A stretch of DNA of 64,000 nt from Sediminibacterium sp. (GTDB lineage Bacteria > Bacteroidota > Bacteroidia > Chitinophagales > Chitinophagaceae). The notes below the pieces were generated by a model, which worked only from the letters and a program-made list of their open reading frames with translations, was not told the DNA's origin and made no database searches. Both the position numbers and the translations under genes were made by a program. Shown here piece after piece: positions 9,697 through 18,792 of the stretch. Within the stretch, counting starts at the first letter, position 1, and each line of letters opens with the position of its first letter. The DNA lies in contig OZ257253.1 in assembly GCA_965279635.1 (NCBI GenBank), forward strand, positions 257,506 to 321,505, written 5' to 3'.

Positions 9697-10608
9697 ATGA
9701 AGAAACTGATCGTTGCATTATTGATGATCGCTGCCACAACAGCCCAGGCACAGGACAAAAAAGAGAAAGAAGCCATCAAAAGCCTTTGCGGCTGTTATGA
9801 AGTAGGCTTTATGTACGCGGAAACCTTTGCTGTTGCTCCGGCTTACGAGTTGTCCAAACCATATAAGGCGAAAGGTCTTGAGTGGGTAGAACCCGTAGAT
9901 CTTGGCGATAAAAAACTGGTACTGCAACACCTGCTGGTAGTACGTGATTCTATGATCGTAAAACACTGGCGCGAAGACTGGGAATATGAAAAAGCCGGTT
10001 TATGGAAATTTGACCATGATGCCAATTGGAAATATGAAGCTACTTCCAAAAAATCAGGTGAATGGACACAAACCGTTTGGGAAACAGATGACGCCCCACG
10101 TTATCAGGGCAGCAGCCGCTGGATAAACAATAACAACCAGTATTACTGGCAAAACACCACAGATGCCCCGCTTCCACGCAGGGAATACTCTGTACGCAGC
10201 GATTATAATGTGCTGGAACGCGGCAATAAAATCATCATCACCGATACCGGCTGGGTGCATGAGCAGGACAACCGCAAAATATTACGCGCAAATGGTACTG
10301 CCGATAAAATACTGGCACAGGAAAAAGGATTCAACATCTATAAAAAAGTGGCCGACTCAAAATGCGCAGTAGCTGCTGCATGGTGGAAAGAACATGGATC
10401 ATTCTGGAACGCGATCCGCTTATCATGGGATGAAGTGCTGAAAGGAAAAACCACTGTAAAACTGTTACCCAAAGTAGACGGCCAGCCTATGTGGCAGCAC
10501 ATGGATCAGCTGGAAAAAGAAAAACTGGCGAGTACAGAACTGAAAGCAAAAGCGAAAACAATATTATCACAGTTTGCTGAAACATCTAATGCAACAGCAC
10601 TGAAGTAG
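9697..10608 (+). CDS. secreted Trp-rich protein of unknown function
   Basis: Signal peptide MKKLIVALLMIAATTAQAQ. 303 aa with many W, D and N residues. Lies between the PepSY gene and a TonB-dependent receptor. No catalytic motif recognised. Confidence 0.6.
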   Translation: MKKLIVALLMIAATTAQAQDKKEKEAIKSLCGCYEVGFMYAETFAVAPAYELSKPYKAKGLEWVEPVDLGDKKLVLQHLLVVRDSMIVKHWREDWEYEKAGLWKFDHDANWKYEATSKKSGEWTQTVWETDDAPRYQGSSRWINNNNQYYWQNTTDAPLPRREYSVRSDYNVLERGNKIIITDTGWVHEQDNRKILRANGTADKILAQEKGFNIYKKVADSKCAVAAAWWKEHGSFWNAIRLSWDEVLKGKTTVKLLPKVDGQPMWQHMDQLEKEKLASTELKAKAKTILSQFAETSNATALK

Positions 10609-10680
10609 TGAATATCGAATGATGAATGTAGAATGATGAAATAACTTCTACATTCATCATTCGATATTCATCATTTTTTC
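10609..10680 (+). terminator. word hairpin plus T-tract after the unknown secreted protein gene
   Basis: Perfect 25-bp stem, 10609-10633 with 10646-10670, followed by tcattttttc. Confidence 0.8.
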
Positions 10681-10800
10681 AAGGACAACTTGTTCCTTGA
10701 GCCTTTCTCAACACATATCTTCTAAACGTCCTGGCAACTGCATTAAAGTGTGGGCACTTTGGTGATGTGATTTCTCTGTCCACTACAAAGACGAAAATGT

Positions 10801-12852
10801 ATGAATTGTCAGCGAACAATGGCACTGCTGGTGCTGTGTGTGCTTAGCGTATCCGCTATGGCACAGGATAAAAAAGATACTTTGTCCGGTCAGTCGGGGG
10901 AAGTGGTGGTTACGGGGCAGTATGCGCCGCAGTCATTGCGAAAATCTGTTTACCAGGTACGCACCATCAGCCGTGAGCGTATCGCATTACGCGCCGCTAC
11001 CAGTGTACAGCAGGTATTGAATACCGAACTGGGTTTTCGTTTCAGCAATGATCTTACACTGGGTACAGCCGATGTTCAGATGATGGGTATGTCGGGACGT
11101 AATGTAAAAATCTTGTTAGATGGCGTTCCGATGGTGGATCGTGGCGATACACGCGAAAGTCTTAACCAGATCGATATCAGCACCGTAGAAAGGATCGAGA
11201 TTGTAGAGGGTCCTATGTCTGTTTCCTATGGATCGGATGCATTGGCCGGTGTGATCAATATCATCACACGCAAAACAACCAAACAATCACTTACTGTAAA
11301 TGCCACCCTTCAGGAAGAAACCGTGGGGGATGAGTATCGTTTTGGTATGGAAGACGGCAGCCATATACAGCGCATCAACCTTAACTGGAAAAAAAACAAA
11401 TGGGGTGTACTGGGTGGATTTGCACACAATGAATTTGGCGGCTGGCAGGGCGCTAAAACAGGACGCGAAAAAGAATGGAAACCCAAAGAACAGTTCATGG
11501 GTAACCTGGGTACAGGATATTATTCGGAGAACTTCAATATCTGGTACCGTGTTGACGGGATGAATGAAAACATCCTGGTCAAAGGAAAAATGGGTGCCAC
11601 TTACAAAGCCACCGACCAGGAATATATTACCGACAGGTTCATGCACCAGTTACAGTCGGAGTGGAAACTGACCGATAGGCTCCGTTTCAATGGTATTATC
11701 TCGCATACAGATTACAAGCGTAAAACGGTTACGACTTCTTACGATTTTACCACCGGCAAGCGTACGCTTACTACCGGTGCCGGTGAACAGGATATTTCCT
11801 CTTTCAACAGTACTGTTTTCAGAACCACTGCGCAGTACACTTTGTCAAATTCCGTTTCACTACAACCTGGTATTGATATCAACCTCGATAAAGCAAGTGG
11901 TGCACGTATCTCCGGATCGCCATCTATCAATGATTATGCATTCTTTGTTTCTTCTGAATTGAAATTCGGGAACGCCATCAATATCCGCCCGGGTTTACGT
12001 TTTATTAAAAACTCGGTGTATGATGCGCCACCGGTAATTCCTTCCATCAATACCAAATTCAGCCTGGGTAAGAACATCGATCTGCGTCTTGCCTATGCAC
12101 ATGGTTTTCGTTCACCAGCTTTGCGGGAACTGTATTTTAATTTCTTTGATGCCAGTCATTCCATCAAAGGCAATCCCAACCTGAAAGCAGAAGAATCGAA
12201 CAGCTTTACCGGTTCCCTATCATGGGTGGCGCTACAGCAGAAAGATATGCGTATCAATACAACACTGTCTGGTTTCTATAATGAATTCACCAACCTGATC
12301 AGCTATGGTGTGGATCCATCAGATCCATCTGTTTTTATGACCGTCAATATTGACCGTTTTAAAACAACAGGCTTTACACTGGAGAATACATTTTCTGTAA
12401 AACAATTTACAGCGACGCTGGGGTTTGCGTATATCGGCAGGTACAACAGGCTGTCTGATGACCCGGCGTATAAAACCGGTCTGCCCGATTTTGTATGGTC
12501 ACCCGAACTGAACAGCAATATCACCTGGAACATTGAAAAAATAGGATTGAAAACAGGGTTGTTCTACAAGTTCACCGGTGCAAGACCTACTTATGAAGTG
12601 GCCAGCAGCGGAACGACTACTACTGTTAACCTAGTAAAAACCGCGGGTTTCCATCTCGCCGATCTTACATTGGATAAAACCATTCACCGTTATGTGAATG
12701 TATCGGCCGGTGTCAAAAACCTGTTTGATGTGGGCAGGGTAAACAATACTTCTGTCAGCACCGGTGGCGCACATAGCAGTGGCGGGCCTGTTCCGGTGGC
12801 TTATGGGCGGTCATACTTCGTTGGTCTCAATTTTCATTTTGCAAAAAACTAA
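10801..12852 (+). CDS. TonB-dependent outer-membrane receptor
   Basis: Signal peptide, plug-domain motifs (VVVTGQ..., VERIEIVEGPMSVSYGSDALAGVINIIT) and a long beta-barrel with aromatic-rich C-terminal strands. Confidence 0.85.
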   Translation: MNCQRTMALLVLCVLSVSAMAQDKKDTLSGQSGEVVVTGQYAPQSLRKSVYQVRTISRERIALRAATSVQQVLNTELGFRFSNDLTLGTADVQMMGMSGRNVKILLDGVPMVDRGDTRESLNQIDISTVERIEIVEGPMSVSYGSDALAGVINIITRKTTKQSLTVNATLQEETVGDEYRFGMEDGSHIQRINLNWKKNKWGVLGGFAHNEFGGWQGAKTGREKEWKPKEQFMGNLGTGYYSENFNIWYRVDGMNENILVKGKMGATYKATDQEYITDRFMHQLQSEWKLTDRLRFNGIISHTDYKRKTVTTSYDFTTGKRTLTTGAGEQDISSFNSTVFRTTAQYTLSNSVSLQPGIDINLDKASGARISGSPSINDYAFFVSSELKFGNAINIRPGLRFIKNSVYDAPPVIPSINTKFSLGKNIDLRLAYAHGFRSPALRELYFNFFDASHSIKGNPNLKAEESNSFTGSLSWVALQQKDMRINTTLSGFYNEFTNLISYGVDPSDPSVFMTVNIDRFKTTGFTLENTFSVKQFTATLGFAYIGRYNRLSDDPAYKTGLPDFVWSPELNSNITWNIEKIGLKTGLFYKFTGARPTYEVASSGTTTTVNLVKTAGFHLADLTLDKTIHRYVNVSAGVKNLFDVGRVNNTSVSTGGAHSSGGPVPVAYGRSYFVGLNFHFAKN

Positions 12853-12892
12853 TACAACCCAATATTCTCAACCTCTATAAATGCACAATACA

Positions 12893-13954
12893 ATGAAATT
12901 TTTACAAGCAATCGTAATCTTATCCGCTTTCATGCTGGTCTTTGCAGCATGTAAAAAAACAGCGGAGCCCATTATCATCATAGCGGCTTCTGAAGGGGCC
13001 AAACTGCAGCTCAACGGTATTGCAGGTACAGAATCCGGCAGCAGCGCCGCCAACTCAGTATATGTTGATTTTAGTACGGATAAAGCAACTACCGCCCTGC
13101 GTGCAGGCTGGGACCTGGGCTTTTATGCAGGCGCTGATTTTCGCGTGATCCTGAATAACACAACTTCTGCTACCGCAAAAGGATTGACCAAGAATGATCT
13201 CACACAGGTAGGAGCAGCTGATACGGTGGGTCTCAACAAACTGGCCATTGGTTTTGATGTGACCGCTTACGCACTGGTAGATAATGTGCAGGGTGATATC
13301 ACCAAAACCGTGATCGCAGCGGTGTCTTCTACTGATGCAGACAATAAAGTGTACATCGTTAACCGCGGAACAGGCGGTGGTGTAGCTGCCCGTGACTGGT
13401 ACAAGATCCGGATCCTCCGCAGGGGCAATGGTTATGTGCTGCAGTATGCAAAACTGGCTGAAACGACTTTCAAAACCCTGGATATTACCAAGGACCCGGA
13501 TTATCATTTCCAGTATGCTTCATTCGATAATGGTATAGTAAGCGTAGAACCGCCTAAGAGCCAGTGGGATTTTGTATGGTCGTACATGATGTTCCAGACA
13601 GCGCTCAGCCCTACGGAAATGATCCCTTATGCCTCTTCTGATTTTATCACGATCAATTACCGCAACGGCGTGCAGGTGGCAGAAGTACTGACAGCTTCAG
13701 GCGGCAGCTATGCGGATTTTAATGATTCAAAAATTGCCAGCGTTAGTTTTGCTTCCACGGTGGATGCGATGGGTACCAAATGGAGAACCGCTTCACCCAC
13801 TGCGGGTCAGTCAGGCGTAAAAACCGACCGTTTTTATGTATTGAAAGATGCATCAGGAAACGTTTACAAATTCAAATTCATGAGTTTTCATGGCGATGAT
13901 GGCGGCACAAGGGGTAAACCGGAGTTTGAATACAAACTGGTTAAAAAAGCCTAA
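12893..13954 (+). CDS. HmuY-like lipoprotein (putative heme-binding)
   Basis: Lipoprotein signal LSAFMLVFAAC. GWDLGF motif and C-terminal FYVLKDASGNVYKFKFMSF strand pattern resemble the HmuY family from memory. Sits directly after the TonB-dependent receptor. Confidence 0.55.
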   Translation: MKFLQAIVILSAFMLVFAACKKTAEPIIIIAASEGAKLQLNGIAGTESGSSAANSVYVDFSTDKATTALRAGWDLGFYAGADFRVILNNTTSATAKGLTKNDLTQVGAADTVGLNKLAIGFDVTAYALVDNVQGDITKTVIAAVSSTDADNKVYIVNRGTGGGVAARDWYKIRILRRGNGYVLQYAKLAETTFKTLDITKDPDYHFQYASFDNGIVSVEPPKSQWDFVWSYMMFQTALSPTEMIPYASSDFITINYRNGVQVAEVLTASGGSYADFNDSKIASVSFASTVDAMGTKWRTASPTAGQSGVKTDRFYVLKDASGNVYKFKFMSFHGDDGGTRGKPEFEYKLVKKA

Positions 13955-13979
13955 GTACAGGTTTTGATAGTTTAGAAAT

Positions 13980-14020
13980 AACGGGAACTGCCGGAAGGAG
14001 GGGTTCCCGTTTCTTTTTAT
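13980..14020 (+). terminator. intrinsic terminator after the HmuY-like gene
   Basis: aacgggaac...gttcccgtt stem followed by tctttttat. Confidence 0.75.
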
Positions 14021-14029
14021 AGTAAGCGA

Positions 14030-14115
14030 CACGCAAAGGCGCAAAGGCGCGGTTGGATAGTCCTGGGCGAAGATGCCCCCGGAGGCTAAAAACTGCGCCT
14101 TTGCGCCTTTGCGTG
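14030..14115. repeat. word palindrome (cgcaaaggc words)
   Basis: Perfect 21-nt inverted arms at 14030-14050 and 14095-14115, separated by 44 nt. Confidence 0.9.
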
Positions 14116-14218
14116 CCCATTTCCCTCCCGCTAAATCAACCTGTCAACCTATCCCACAAATCCCCCATATCCCGTACCTTCGCAGGCATTTCAGAAACCC
14201 CTTTGTACGGAGAACCCT

Positions 14219-17200
14219 ATGAGCGTTAAATATCCAGAATTTTCAGGGCTGAACCTCCCGGCGATAGAGCAGGAGATACTGGCCCGGTGGAACAGTGAAC
14301 AGGCTTTCGAAAAAAGCGTTTCCCTCCGCGAGGGCAGGAAGCCTTTTGTATTTTATGAAGGACCGCCCAGCGCCAACGGTATGCCGGGTATCCACCATGT
14401 GATCTCCCGTACCCTGAAGGATATGGTATGCCGCTACAAAACCATGCAGGGCTTCCAGGTAAAACGCAAGGGTGGATGGGACACACACGGCCTGCCCATT
14501 GAACTGGGTGTTGAAAAAGAACTGGGGATCACCAAAGAAGATATCGGTAAGAAAATATCCGTAGAAGAATATAACCAGAAATGCCGCGAAGCCGTTTTGC
14601 GCTACAAAGGCAAATGGGATGAACTCACCATGAAAATGGGTTATTGGGTTGACCTGGATGATCCATACATCACTTACGAGAACAATTACATTGAAACCCT
14701 CTGGTGGATACTGAGTGAATTATACAAGAAAGGATTGCTGTACGAAAGTGTCAGCATCCAGCCTTATTCACCCGCAGCCGGAACAGGGTTGAGTTCGCAT
14801 GAACTGAACCAGCCGGGCACTTATAAAGATGTGAAGGACACAAGTGCAGTGGCGATGTTTAAAGTTGCTGACAAAACACAATTACCTTTTGAAACAAAGT
14901 ATGATACATTTTTATTGGCCTGGACAACAACTCCATGGACTCTCCCTTCAAATTTGGGCTTGACCGTTGGACCCAACATAACATATTGTGCAGTTAATGT
15001 AATACCTCCGTATCATCCAGAAAATGAGCCGATTACCATAATAATTGCTAAAGAGCTAGCTAAGAATTTTATATCTTATAATGTATCTACTCCACTCGCA
15101 GCTGCATATCCTCATGGCAAAGCAGAAGATATAGAAACCGAGGTTGATACTAAAAAGCAAAAAGGTAAACCTTTTGCTATAGGGGATATTGTAGAGTTTA
15201 AGGGTGCAGAAATTGAAGGTATTCGATACGAACAATTAATGCCTTACGAAGCCAATTCTATAGAAAAAATAAAAGAAATTACTCCAACTGCAGATCCGTT
15301 TCGCGTACTTCTTGGAGACTTCGTAACCACCGAAGACGGTACCGGCATCGTTCACACCGCCCCCGCTTTTGGTGCTGATGACTTCCGCGTTGGTAAAAAA
15401 TACAATATCGGTATTCTCACCATGGTTGACCGCCAGGGAAAATTTGTGGATGGACTGGGTGAGTTCAGCAAACGCTATGTAAAGAATTACAAAGACGATA
15501 AAGATTACGTGGATGTAAACGTTGACATCAGTGTGAAACTAAAAAAAGAAAACCGCGCATTCAAAGTAGAAAAATACGAGCACAGTTACCCACATTGCTG
15601 GAGAACAGATAAGCCTATTCTCTATTATCCGCTCGATGCCTGGTTCATCAAAACCACGGCTGTAAAAGACAGGATGGTGGAACTGAACAAAACCATCAAC
15701 TGGAAACCCAAATCAACAGGCGAGGGCCGTTTTGGCAACTGGCTGGAAAACATGGTAGACTGGAACCTGAGCCGCAGCCGCTACTGGGGTACACCATTAC
15801 CCGTATGGCGCACAGAAGACGGAGAAGAAGAAGTTTGTATCGGTTCTATTGAAGAACTTAATGATGGCATCCGCAAAGCAAACGAGGTACTCGGTGGCGA
15901 TACCAATAAAAATTATTTACACGAAGGCATACTCGACCTGCACAAACCTTTTGTGGATGAGATCGTACTGGTCAGCAAAACCGGTAAGCCGATGCACCGT
16001 GTTCCCGATCTTATTGATGTATGGTTTGATAGCGGAGCGATGCCGTATGCACAATGGCACTATCCTTTCGAGAATAAATCTTTCATTGATAAAGGCGAAG
16101 CCTTCCCCGCAGATTTTATTGCAGAAGGTGTTGACCAGACACGAGGATGGTTCTATACCCTGCATGCATTGGGTGTAATGCTGTTTGATAATGTGGCCTA
16201 CAAAACCGTAGTGAGTAACGGGCTTGTGCTGGATAAGAACGGCAATAAAATGAGCAAACGTCTCGGTAACGTGGTGAACCCGTTCGAGACGATTGAAAAA
16301 TATGGGGCAGATGCCACCAGGTGGTACCTGATCACCAATGCTTCTCCCTGGGATAACCTCAAGTTCGATCTTGCGGGTATACAGGAAGTACAGCGTAAAT
16401 TCTTTGGCACCTTATATAATACGTACCAGTTCTTCGCGCTGTATTCCAATGTGGATGGCTTTGCTTTTAAAGAAGCCGCCGTTCCGTTAGCCGACAGACC
16501 TGAGATCGACCGCTGGATATTATCATCACTGAATACACTGATCAAAAATGTAACACAGGCGATGAACGATTATGAGCCAACACTGGCTGGTCGTGCGATA
16601 GAAGAATTTGTAGATGAGCACCTGAGCAACTGGTATGTCCGTCTCTGCCGCCGCCGTTTCTGGAAAGGCGAGTACGAACAGGATAAGATCAGCGCCTACC
16701 AGACATTGTATGAGTGCCTGGAAACCATTGTAAGACTGGTGGCGCCTATTTCGCCATTCTTCAGCGATACTATTTTCCGCAACCTGAACCTGGTAACGGG
16801 CAGGTTTGGGGTTGAATCCATACACCATGCAGATTTCCCGGTGGCGGATGAAACAGCTATTGATGCGGCACTGGAAGAAAGGATGCAACTGGCGCAGGAT
16901 ATCTGTTCATTGGTCTTATCAATCCGTAAAAAAGTAAATATCAAGGTGCGCCAGCCTTTGCAAAAGGTGATGATTCCTGTTTTCAGCGACGGTATGCAAA
17001 CCCAGCTGGAAAAAATAGCCGACCTGATCAAAGCGGAGGTGAATGTGAAAGAAATGGTCTATATCACCGCAACGGAAGGGGTGATCAGTAAAAAGATCAA
17101 AGCCAATTTCAAGGCCCTCGGAACCCGTATGGGAGCGAAAATGAAAGCGGTAAGTGCGGCCATAGCTGCTATGGGTCAGTCGGATATAGCGAGCCTGGAG

Positions 17201-17611
17201 AAAGCGGGTAAATTTGATTTGTCAATTGATAATGAGATAGTTACCATTGAATTGGCAGATGTGGAGATCACCGCGGAAGACATTCCGGGCTGGAGCGTTG
17301 CGAGCAAAGGCAGTCTTACCGTGGCGCTGGATATCACCATTACGGAAGAACTGGCCCGGGAAGGGGAAGCGAGAGAGTTCGTAAATCGCATACAAAATAT
17401 CAGAAAAGAAAGCGGTTTTGACCTCACAGACCGTATATTCGTGACCGCTCAGGAGGCCCCCGCTCTAAAGCAGTCCATAATTAAATATAACGACTATATT
17501 TGCCGCGAAATTTTGGCAGATAGCATTGATTGGTTGCCTGAAATACAGGATGGCACCGAAATTGAGATCAATGATACCTTGTTGAAAGTGGTAGTAAACA
17601 AAAAAGGTTAA
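14219..17611 (+). CDS. ileS: isoleucine--tRNA ligase
   Basis: 1130 aa. HIGH-type motif PGIHHV, KMSKR motif, CP1 editing region WTTTPWTLPSN. Confidence 0.97.
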   Translation: MSVKYPEFSGLNLPAIEQEILARWNSEQAFEKSVSLREGRKPFVFYEGPPSANGMPGIHHVISRTLKDMVCRYKTMQGFQVKRKGGWDTHGLPIELGVEKELGITKEDIGKKISVEEYNQKCREAVLRYKGKWDELTMKMGYWVDLDDPYITYENNYIETLWWILSELYKKGLLYESVSIQPYSPAAGTGLSSHELNQPGTYKDVKDTSAVAMFKVADKTQLPFETKYDTFLLAWTTTPWTLPSNLGLTVGPNITYCAVNVIPPYHPENEPITIIIAKELAKNFISYNVSTPLAAAYPHGKAEDIETEVDTKKQKGKPFAIGDIVEFKGAEIEGIRYEQLMPYEANSIEKIKEITPTADPFRVLLGDFVTTEDGTGIVHTAPAFGADDFRVGKKYNIGILTMVDRQGKFVDGLGEFSKRYVKNYKDDKDYVDVNVDISVKLKKENRAFKVEKYEHSYPHCWRTDKPILYYPLDAWFIKTTAVKDRMVELNKTINWKPKSTGEGRFGNWLENMVDWNLSRSRYWGTPLPVWRTEDGEEEVCIGSIEELNDGIRKANEVLGGDTNKNYLHEGILDLHKPFVDEIVLVSKTGKPMHRVPDLIDVWFDSGAMPYAQWHYPFENKSFIDKGEAFPADFIAEGVDQTRGWFYTLHALGVMLFDNVAYKTVVSNGLVLDKNGNKMSKRLGNVVNPFETIEKYGADATRWYLITNASPWDNLKFDLAGIQEVQRKFFGTLYNTYQFFALYSNVDGFAFKEAAVPLADRPEIDRWILSSLNTLIKNVTQAMNDYEPTLAGRAIEEFVDEHLSNWYVRLCRRRFWKGEYEQDKISAYQTLYECLETIVRLVAPISPFFSDTIFRNLNLVTGRFGVESIHHADFPVADETAIDAALEERMQLAQDICSLVLSIRKKVNIKVRQPLQKVMIPVFSDGMQTQLEKIADLIKAEVNVKEMVYITATEGVISKKIKANFKALGTRMGAKMKAVSAAIAAMGQSDIASLEKAGKFDLSIDNEIVTIELADVEITAEDIPGWSVASKGSLTVALDITITEELAREGEAREFVNRIQNIRKESGFDLTDRIFVTAQEAPALKQSIIKYNDYICREILADSIDWLPEIQDGTEIEINDTLLKVVVNKKG

Positions 17612-17617
17612 GACTCT

Positions 17618-18568
17618 ATGGCTACTAAAAAACCTGCTCCGAAAAAGGCCGCCGCTAAAAAGCCGGCCCCTAAGAAAGCAGCACCCGCTAAAAAGGCAGC
17701 CAAACCTGCCCCTAAAAAGGCGGCCCCAGCTAAAAAAACGTCAAAACCCGCTCCTAAAAAGGCGGCTCCGGCTAAAAAACCAGTAAAACCTGCCCCTAAA
17801 AAGGTGGTTCCGGCTAAAAAAGCAGCGAAACCTGCTCCCAAACCGGTTCCTAAAAAAGTAGTACCGGTGAAAGCTGCTGCAAAGCCGGCTCCTAAACCAG
17901 CGCCTAAGCCTGTTGCCAAAGCGCCGCTGAAATTTGGCACCAAACCACCGCCTCCAAAACCTGCTAAGCCAGCGCCTCTGGTTTCAAAACCGCTGCCACC
18001 TATGGAAAAGCCGGTACCCAAAGGGCCGCCAACACCACCGGTGAAGCCAGTTAAAAAACAACACGAACCCATTAAGGAAGTAAAAGTGCCGAAGATCGCT
18101 ACCCGGTCAAGCGTACCTTACCAACCCGGATATACTCAATTAGAAAAAAGAACAGACACAGTGAGAAGCAACAACGGAGAACCTTTAGTGAAATACAACG
18201 ATAACGACCTGAATGAATTCAGGGAACTCATAGGCAAAAAACTCGAAGCGGCTAAAAAAGAGCTGGCTTACCTGCAGGGCCTGATCACCCGTAAGGATGA
18301 AATGGGTGGTGATAACGACGATGCGCGTTACATGACCATGGAAGACGGCAGTATGAGCATGGAAAGAGAGCAGTTGAGCCAGATGGCCAGCCGCCAGATC
18401 ACCTATATCGATCACCTCGAAAAAGCGATGATGCGTATCGAGAACAAAACCTACGGTATCTGCCGTGTAACAGGTAAACTGATCGATAAGGCCCGCTTAC
18501 GCGCCGTACCACACGCTACACTCAGCCTCGAAGCCAAACTGGGACTGGTGAAACCAAGCGTGGAATAA
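17618..18568 (+). CDS. DksA/TraR-family protein with an N-terminal Lys/Ala/Pro-rich histone-H1-like repeat domain
   Basis: C-terminal ~125 aa has a DksA-like coiled coil plus YGICRVTGKLIDKARLRAVPHATL, with only one Cys. N-terminal ~150 aa is made of KPAPKKAAPAKK repeats. Immediately follows ileS. Confidence 0.75.
   Translation: MATKKPAPKKAAAKKPAPKKAAPAKKAAKPAPKKAAPAKKTSKPAPKKAAPAKKPVKPAPKKVVPAKKAAKPAPKPVPKKVVPVKAAAKPAPKPAPKPVAKAPLKFGTKPPPPKPAKPAPLVSKPLPPMEKPVPKGPPTPPVKPVKKQHEPIKEVKVPKIATRSSVPYQPGYTQLEKRTDTVRSNNGEPLVKYNDNDLNEFRELIGKKLEAAKKELAYLQGLITRKDEMGGDNDDARYMTMEDGSMSMEREQLSQMASRQITYIDHLEKAMMRIENKTYGICRVTGKLIDKARLRAVPHATLSLEAKLGLVKPSVE
17627..17930 (+). repeat. coding tandem repeat, ~42-nt (14-aa) unit x5-6, encoding (A/S/V)KPAPKKAAPAKKx
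   Basis: Read directly from the protein: AKPAPKKAAPAKKT / SKPAPKKAAPAKKP / VKPAPKKVVPAKKA and further copies. It also creates the spurious antisense Gly/Ala ORF 17608..18072. Confidence 0.85.
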
Positions 18569-18593
18569 CAATAGTTTGTTTCCCTATTATATG

Positions 18594-18620
18594 AAAGCCG
18601 CAGAGATGCGGCTTTTATTA
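18594..18620 (+). terminator. intrinsic terminator after the DksA-like gene
   Basis: agccgca-gaga-tgcggct stem followed by tttatta. Confidence 0.7.
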
Positions 18621-18622
18621 TT

Positions 18623-18792
18623 GAACAGATGAGCAAGGAACAAGGAACAGAAGAAGTTTTTTTGAATATCGAATAATGGAATGTAGAATTTCGAAGTAGG
18701 ACCCTGTAGTCCGATCCTTGTTCAACATTCCTTGTTCCCTGCTCATCTGTTCAAAATCCTTCGATATTCGACATTCCAATATTCGATATTCA
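18623..18792. repeat. two interleaved inverted-repeat pairs (A B A' B')
   Basis: A 18623-18647 pairs with A' 18728-18752 (24/25). B 18662-18696 pairs with B' 18759-18792 (~31/34). B' covers the ABC exporter stop codon. Confidence 0.8.

Noticed and set aside
17608-18072. 154-aa Gly/Ala/Phe/Leu-rich ORF on the minus strand
   Set aside because: It is the antisense reading of the Lys/Ala/Pro codon repeat in the DksA-like gene. Its low-complexity composition is a mirror artefact and it has no independent start or promoter context.
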